Source: a virus
Lineage: Duplodnaviria; Caudoviricetes
Virus record (IMG/VR): IMGVR_UViG_3300017740_002729
Span: 1-61,500 of that record
DNA: 61,500 bases
Reading direction: 5' to 3' (one strand)
The number at the start of each line of letters is the position of its first letter. Within the stretch, counting starts at the first letter, position 1. Made by a program: the position numbers and the translations under genes. This document shows, in pieces, positions 56,513-61,500 of this stretch. The notes under the pieces are model-generated. The model was not told the origin of the DNA. It saw only the letters and a list, made by a program, of their open reading frames with translations, and made no database searches.

Positions 56513-57934
56513 ATGGCGAAAGAAAAAAATTGGAATCACCACGAAAATAAATATTTTGTACAAACAAAGAATGAATTGGATGCTCAAGGTTGTGGGTTTT
56601 GTTTAGCTAAATGGACACAAGTTACATTACAACTACAAACGGGTCATACACATTCGTGTCATCACCCAAAAACACATAAGATACCTACATCAGAAATCGT
56701 AAGAAATCCATCGGCACTTCATAATACTCGTTTTAAAAAGAAACGTAGAAAGGAAATGTTAGAAGGTGGTAGACCAGCTGAGTGTGATTATTGTTGGAAT
56801 GTTGAAGATAATTCAGACCAGTTTTCTGATAGAATATTTAAATCAAATGAAAGTTGGTCAAAACCTCATATGGATGAAATTAAACAATCCGATTGGAGAG
56901 CAGATTTTAATCCGAGATATGTAGAAGTAGCATTCTCAGCTGCCTGTAACTTTAAGTGTTCATATTGTGGACCTGCTTATTCTACAACTTGGCAAGAAGA
57001 AATTGAACAATATGGAGCATATCCAACCTCAGATAAATTTAATGACCCAGAAAGAGCTATTGAAGAAGATAAAGTTCCATTTAAACAAAGAGACCATAAT
57101 CCGTATGTAGAAGCATTTTGGAGATGGTGGCCAGATTTATATAGAGATTTACATACATTTAGAATTACGGGTGGTGAACCTTTATTATCAAAAGATACAT
57201 GGAAAGTTTTAGATTTTATTATTAAAGAACCAAATCCAAATAAAAACTTACAATTAGCTATTAATTCAAACTTAGGTGTTCCTGATAAACTGATAGATAG
57301 ATTTATAGAGAAGATAAATAAAATATGTGATGAAGATAGGGTTAAGGAATTTATCATATTTACATCAGTTGATACTTGGGGAGACCAAGCTGCATATATT
57401 AGAACTGGAATGGAGTTTAATAGATTTTGGGATAATCTAAATAAAATATTAGAAAAATGCCCAAGAGTAAATGTGACTGTGATGTCAACTTACAATTGTT
57501 TATCTATTCCAAATTATGATAAACTTATTGATGGTATTTATGATTTAAAAAATACATATGGTACAACTGATAGATATTGGGCATCTGCAGTATTTTTAGA
57601 TTCATCATATCTAAGATATCCTTGGCATCAAAGTGTTCAATTACTGCAAGATGAAAAATGGAAAAATATGGTATTAGAACAAGCTAAACTTATGTTCTTT
57701 CAAGGTGTACCTATATTTGACCACAATTATATTGGATACTCAGATATTGAAATTCAAAAAGTAAAAAGAATTTATGATTGGATGAATGCACCAGTTGACC
57801 CAAAACACTTAAAAACATCAATGCAGAATTTTTATAGATATTTTAATGCACACGATGAAAGAAGAGGAACTAACTTTTTGGAAACTTTTCCTGAGTTGGC
57901 TGACTTTCATCAAAAATGTAAATCATTATGTTAA
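56513..57934 (+). CDS. Radical SAM protein with N-terminal Cys-rich (twitch/SPASM-like) domain
   Basis: CNFKCSYC (CxxxCxxC), ITGGEP; N-terminal FCLAKW...SCHH...CDYCW. Confidence 0.9.
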   Translation: MAKEKNWNHHENKYFVQTKNELDAQGCGFCLAKWTQVTLQLQTGHTHSCHHPKTHKIPTSEIVRNPSALHNTRFKKKRRKEMLEGGRPAECDYCWNVEDNSDQFSDRIFKSNESWSKPHMDEIKQSDWRADFNPRYVEVAFSAACNFKCSYCGPAYSTTWQEEIEQYGAYPTSDKFNDPERAIEEDKVPFKQRDHNPYVEAFWRWWPDLYRDLHTFRITGGEPLLSKDTWKVLDFIIKEPNPNKNLQLAINSNLGVPDKLIDRFIEKINKICDEDRVKEFIIFTSVDTWGDQAAYIRTGMEFNRFWDNLNKILEKCPRVNVTVMSTYNCLSIPNYDKLIDGIYDLKNTYGTTDRYWASAVFLDSSYLRYPWHQSVQLLQDEKWKNMVLEQAKLMFFQGVPIFDHNYIGYSDIEIQKVKRIYDWMNAPVDPKHLKTSMQNFYRYFNAHDERRGTNFLETFPELADFHQKCKSLC

Positions 57935-58707
57935 AGATACAATACAAAATGCCTTGGTTTATAACCAACAACAATACTTATGGGTTTACTGATAAGAATG
58001 TGTGGGAAGCTATGCAGGGTGATTTTACTTTTTATGTAGAATTTAAAATGAATCCTGAAAATAATCAAAATAACCATACTATATTTTGTAGACCAGGAAT
58101 GCATATGGGTGTTTTTGTAAAAAACCAAGATATGATTACTTGGGATTTTTGGAATAATAATGGTATAAATAATTTCAATGATATTGCATTTTATGTAGGT
58201 AAAGAAAATATTTACAAAAAGTATTTACTAATTGTATCACATACAGTAAAAGATAAATCATTTCAATGTCATTTAAAATGTACAAGTGATGAAAGTATGC
58301 CTGTGGTTTACCAAGAAAAAACTTATGATGGAGTTTTACATGATTATACAGATACTCCTTATAACTTTGGAATAGCTAATTTTGAGCATGATTTGATGGA
58401 TGAACATAAAGCTATATGTGAATATAATTTATATAAAACAGGTTTATTTACAGAAACCTATACAGCACAACAAATATTTGATTTTTTAGAAACAAATAAA
58501 GATTGCAAACGAATTTTAAAATCATCTTTACCCGAAGCAATGTTTTTGGTTAACACAAACGAATTGACTAGATATAAGGCATATGATAATAGTGGTAATT
58601 GTTACAATTTAGAAATTAATGTAGGTTTAATTAAGAAAATATTTAATTATCACGAACACGAAACTATAAACTTAAATCACATTAATAAAGAAAAAGAAAT
58701 AATATGA
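57928..58707 (+). CDS. Stand-alone LamG/concanavalin-like protein
   Basis: IFCRPG and YDNSGN segments mirror the LamG inserts of the two GT7 proteins (IFCIPG/ILRRPG, YDLSGN). Confidence 0.55.
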   Translation: MLKIQYKMPWFITNNNTYGFTDKNVWEAMQGDFTFYVEFKMNPENNQNNHTIFCRPGMHMGVFVKNQDMITWDFWNNNGINNFNDIAFYVGKENIYKKYLLIVSHTVKDKSFQCHLKCTSDESMPVVYQEKTYDGVLHDYTDTPYNFGIANFEHDLMDEHKAICEYNLYKTGLFTETYTAQQIFDFLETNKDCKRILKSSLPEAMFLVNTNELTRYKAYDNSGNCYNLEINVGLIKKIFNYHEHETINLNHINKEKEII

Positions 58708-59090
58708 GTTTAAAGTTATACGAAATACTTTGTCCTGATGGATATGTAAAAAACGGATATGATAAATCAAAATTATCTACTATATTCGCTAACTCAATGA
58801 ATAGTTCTAAAACACCGAATACAGATTTCACACATATAGATAATTCAAAATCAGAAAAGATATCTATCTTTGAGTATGTATCATATCCAAAAGAATCAAT
58901 ATTTGAAATTTATTTAGATGAAAATTGTTCACCAAAACACTTATCACCAGAAACTATAAATTATTTGGAGGCATATAAAAAAACAGGTCAACTAATAAAC
59001 GTTGTAATAGTGGCATCTGATAACTTAAAAGTATCGGATGAAGAAGAAGAGATATTGAATAAAATAACTAATAATTTTACATACAAATGA
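58704..59090 (+). CDS. Hypothetical protein
   Basis: ORF in operon. Confidence 0.65.
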   Translation: MSLKLYEILCPDGYVKNGYDKSKLSTIFANSMNSSKTPNTDFTHIDNSKSEKISIFEYVSYPKESIFEIYLDENCSPKHLSPETINYLEAYKKTGQLINVVIVASDNLKVSDEEEEILNKITNNFTYK

Positions 59091-60058
59091 AAATATTAAT
59101 AACTGGAGGAGCCGGATATTTAGGTTCAATATTTACAGAACATTTACTAAGTCAAGGTGGAATAACAAAATTAGTAGTATATGATAATATGATGTATAAC
59201 CAAACATCATTGATATCTCATACTTGGAGAAGTAACTTTGAATATGTTTATGGTGATGTTAGAAATAAAAAGTTATTAAGAACGTATGTTGAAGAAGCTG
59301 ATGTAATTATTCCATTAGCGGCTATCGTAGGGTTTCCTGCATGTGATAGAGATAAGGAACTCGCAACAGCCATAAACTATGAGCATGTAAGATTTATATG
59401 TGAATTAGTAAAGAATAAAAATGTAAAGGTTGTTTACCCAAACACTAATAGTGGTTACGGAATAGGAGAGGACGGTATTTGTACCGAAGATAGCCCGTTA
59501 AACCCAATATCACACTATGGTATAACAAAAGTAAATGCAGAAAAAGAAGTTTTATCTATTGGTGGAATATCACTAAGGTTAGCTACTGTGTTTGGGTCAT
59601 CACCAAGAATGAGAATGGATTTATTAGTAAACGAATTTGTGTACAAAGCATTAACTGATAAATACATAACTATATTTGAGAAAGATTTTATCAGAAACTA
59701 TATTCATATCAGAGATGTGGCTTATACATTTAAATTTATGATAGATAGATATAAAGAACATAGTGGTCAAGTGTTTAATGTAGGATTATCTAAAGCAAAT
59801 TTATCAAAAGAACAATTAGTAGAAAAAATAAAAGGATATGTTCCTGATTTTGCAATAACATATTCTGATTATTACTCAGACCCTGATAAAAGAAATTACA
59901 CTGTATCTAATGAAAAATTAGAATCCACTGGGTGGACTCCACAATTTGATTTAGATAGAGGAATACAAGAACTAATTAAAACATATAATATCTTAATTTC
60001 TGATTTAAGTTCAAAATACAGAAATGGATTCCCTTTAAGTTATGGCAATAGGACGTAG
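59087..60058 (+). CDS. NAD-dependent epimerase/dehydratase (extended SDR)
   Basis: TGGAGYLGS, LAAIVG, YGITK (YxxxK), LRLATVFG. Confidence 0.92.
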   Translation: MKILITGGAGYLGSIFTEHLLSQGGITKLVVYDNMMYNQTSLISHTWRSNFEYVYGDVRNKKLLRTYVEEADVIIPLAAIVGFPACDRDKELATAINYEHVRFICELVKNKNVKVVYPNTNSGYGIGEDGICTEDSPLNPISHYGITKVNAEKEVLSIGGISLRLATVFGSSPRMRMDLLVNEFVYKALTDKYITIFEKDFIRNYIHIRDVAYTFKFMIDRYKEHSGQVFNVGLSKANLSKEQLVEKIKGYVPDFAITYSDYYSDPDKRNYTVSNEKLESTGWTPQFDLDRGIQELIKTYNILISDLSSKYRNGFPLSYGNRT

Positions 60059-60647
60059 TATATATTACAAAGAAAGAAGTTGGAATGATTTCCACTTTTA
60101 TAATTCAGAAACATTATCTGGTGGGGTTAAGATTATACAACCATCGGTATATCACGAACAAAGAGGTGAGATATCAACAACATATCATTCAGATTACTAT
60201 GATAGATTGATACCAGTTCAAGAAAGAGAAAGTGGTGTTCAATTTAAGCATGATAGATATTCAAAATCAGAAGAAGGTGTTTTGAGAGGATTGCATTATG
60301 ATGATAAGACATGGAAACTGGTATCTTGTCTAAATGGAAAGATTTACTTAGTTGTATTAGATGTAAGAGATGGGAATAAGAGTAAAAATCCACAATATGG
60401 AAGTTGGGAAACTTATATACTTTCACCAACAACACAAACACAAGTATTAATTCCACCTGGTTTTGCAAATGGACATTATGTAATGGAAAAAAATTCAATC
60501 TTCCATTATAAGATGGCTTACAAAGGTGAGTTTAATGATGTAGATAAACAACAAACAATAAAATGGAATAGTAAGAAGTTCGATATAGAGTGGCCTTGTA
60601 CTAATCCTATAATTTCTAAAAGAGATGCAAATGGAAAAAATTCTTAA
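60042..60647 (+). CDS. rmlC: dTDP-4-dehydrorhamnose 3,5-epimerase family protein
   Basis: GVLRGLH, KLVSC, VVLDVR, IPPGFANG, IKWN...ISKRD. Confidence 0.85.
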   Translation: MAIGRSIYYKERSWNDFHFYNSETLSGGVKIIQPSVYHEQRGEISTTYHSDYYDRLIPVQERESGVQFKHDRYSKSEEGVLRGLHYDDKTWKLVSCLNGKIYLVVLDVRDGNKSKNPQYGSWETYILSPTTQTQVLIPPGFANGHYVMEKNSIFHYKMAYKGEFNDVDKQQTIKWNSKKFDIEWPCTNPIISKRDANGKNS

Positions 60648-61272
60648 TTTAGATTACCACGAAGATAGGTGGTTGGAGGGAAACTTATCAAAAGAAGATT
60701 TAATAGCTTTTGAAGATGATATTATAAAACATTGGGAGGGTGGAGAAATCAGAGGACCTATTCATCTATCACATGGTAACGAAGAACAACTTATAGAGGT
60801 ATTTAAAAAAATATCTCCAACCGATTGGGTATTCTCAACTTGGAGGTCTCATTACCATGCACTTCTACATGGAGTAGAACCACAAGTTCTTAAACAAAAA
60901 ATATTAGATGGTAAATCAATTACTATTGTAGATAAAGATTCTAATTTTTATTCATCTGCGATTGTAACTGGAATACTACCAGTCGCATTGGGTGTTGCAA
61001 AATCAATGAAGATAAAAAATAGTAAAAATAAAGTTTGGTGTTTTGTTGGTGATATGACTTTTGAAACAGGTATATTTTATGAAGTTTACAAATATGCAAG
61101 AAACTATGATTTACCAATTTATTTTGTTGTGGAGGATAATGGTGTAAGTACAAACACACCAACTGCAGATACTTGGAATGGAATCCAAAGAGATATACCA
61201 AAAGATGTAATTTATTACAAATATGAATCTAAATATCCACATTACGGAACTGGAAAATGGGTAGTATTTTAG
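60631..61272 (+). CDS. TPP-dependent enzyme, short E1-alpha-like subunit
   Basis: IHLSHG, STWRSH, SAIV, GDMTFETG...EDN (TPP-binding motif), HYGTG. Confidence 0.85.
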   Translation: MEKILNLDYHEDRWLEGNLSKEDLIAFEDDIIKHWEGGEIRGPIHLSHGNEEQLIEVFKKISPTDWVFSTWRSHYHALLHGVEPQVLKQKILDGKSITIVDKDSNFYSSAIVTGILPVALGVAKSMKIKNSKNKVWCFVGDMTFETGIFYEVYKYARNYDLPIYFVVEDNGVSTNTPTADTWNGIQRDIPKDVIYYKYESKYPHYGTGKWVVF

Positions 61273-61500
61273 ATTTAAATTTTGTTTTCGAAAAGGATTC
61301 AGACACGTTTAATGGTTCTCCAAGATATTCATACAGAGGCCCACTTTACAATTTTGTAAAAAAACAAAGAGGTGTAGATAATAGTAAAATTTATACCGAA
61401 AATTTACAACTTGCTAATGGTAAACGTAATATTTTATTTTTTGAAATATCAAGAGGAGAACTTGAATTTAAACGAATCTTAAAAACATATAAAAATTGGA
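61257..61500 (+). CDS. Hypothetical protein, 3' end outside the window
   Basis: ATG 61257, open to the window end (MGSILDLNFVFEK...). Confidence 0.55.
   Translation, partial: MGSILDLNFVFEKDSDTFNGSPRYSYRGPLYNFVKKQRGVDNSKIYTENLQLANGKRNILFFEISRGELEFKRILKTYKNW

Noticed and set aside
1-61500. CRISPR array, tRNA/rRNA genes, IS elements, integrase, reverse transcriptase/DGR
   Set aside because: No regularly spaced repeats, cloverleaf sequences or matching protein motifs seen; intergenic gaps are short
1-61500. Stop-codon reassignment as seen in some large Bacteroidetes phages
   Set aside because: TAA, TAG and TGA all end genes, and known proteins are full length in the standard code
1-61500. Bacterial chromosome LPS locus or a contractile injection system instead of a phage
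   Set aside because: Phage-type primase, gp55-like sigma, PhoH, fused SbcDC, T4-like gp6/gp25 and dense single-strand gene packing fit a large phage

Overview
An AT-rich, gene-dense, almost entirely plus-strand segment of a large T4-like (contractile-tail) bacteriophage genome read in the standard code. The host is most likely a Bacteroidetes/Flavobacteria member, inferred from five TTTG-like/N20/TAnnTTTG-like promoters and a flavobacterial SecA-like tail on the peptide deformylase. Layout: (1) 1-16.1 kb, accessory and host-takeover genes (PhoH end, 2OG-Fe oxygenase, sulfotransferase, nucleotidase, HD hydrolase, Hsp20, UvsE, SET protein, ThyA, PDF, lysozyme-like protein, gp55-like sigma, carbamoyltransferase); (2) 16.2-35.2 kb, baseplate/tail module (spike, gp25, gp6, large Pro-rich and LamG proteins); (3) 35.2-41.5 kb, GIY-YIG protein, primase and a fused SbcD-SbcC; (4) 41.5-61.5 kb, a large nucleotide-sugar/glycosyltransferase cluster wrapped around a 2.2-kaa tail fibre. 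The most interesting signal is strong enrichment of an [S/T]-G-S tripeptide in peripheral virion proteins, next to eukaryote-like GT7 glycosyltransferases that carry an inserted LamG domain. This suggests a phage-encoded virion O-glycosylation system with its own sequon (inference). Also seen: a TATTTATA late-promoter motif, an unannotated RHH repressor gene with a perfect 20-bp palindrome, and apparent GATC avoidance. All family assignments come from motif recognition by eye; no database search was run and counts are hand counts.
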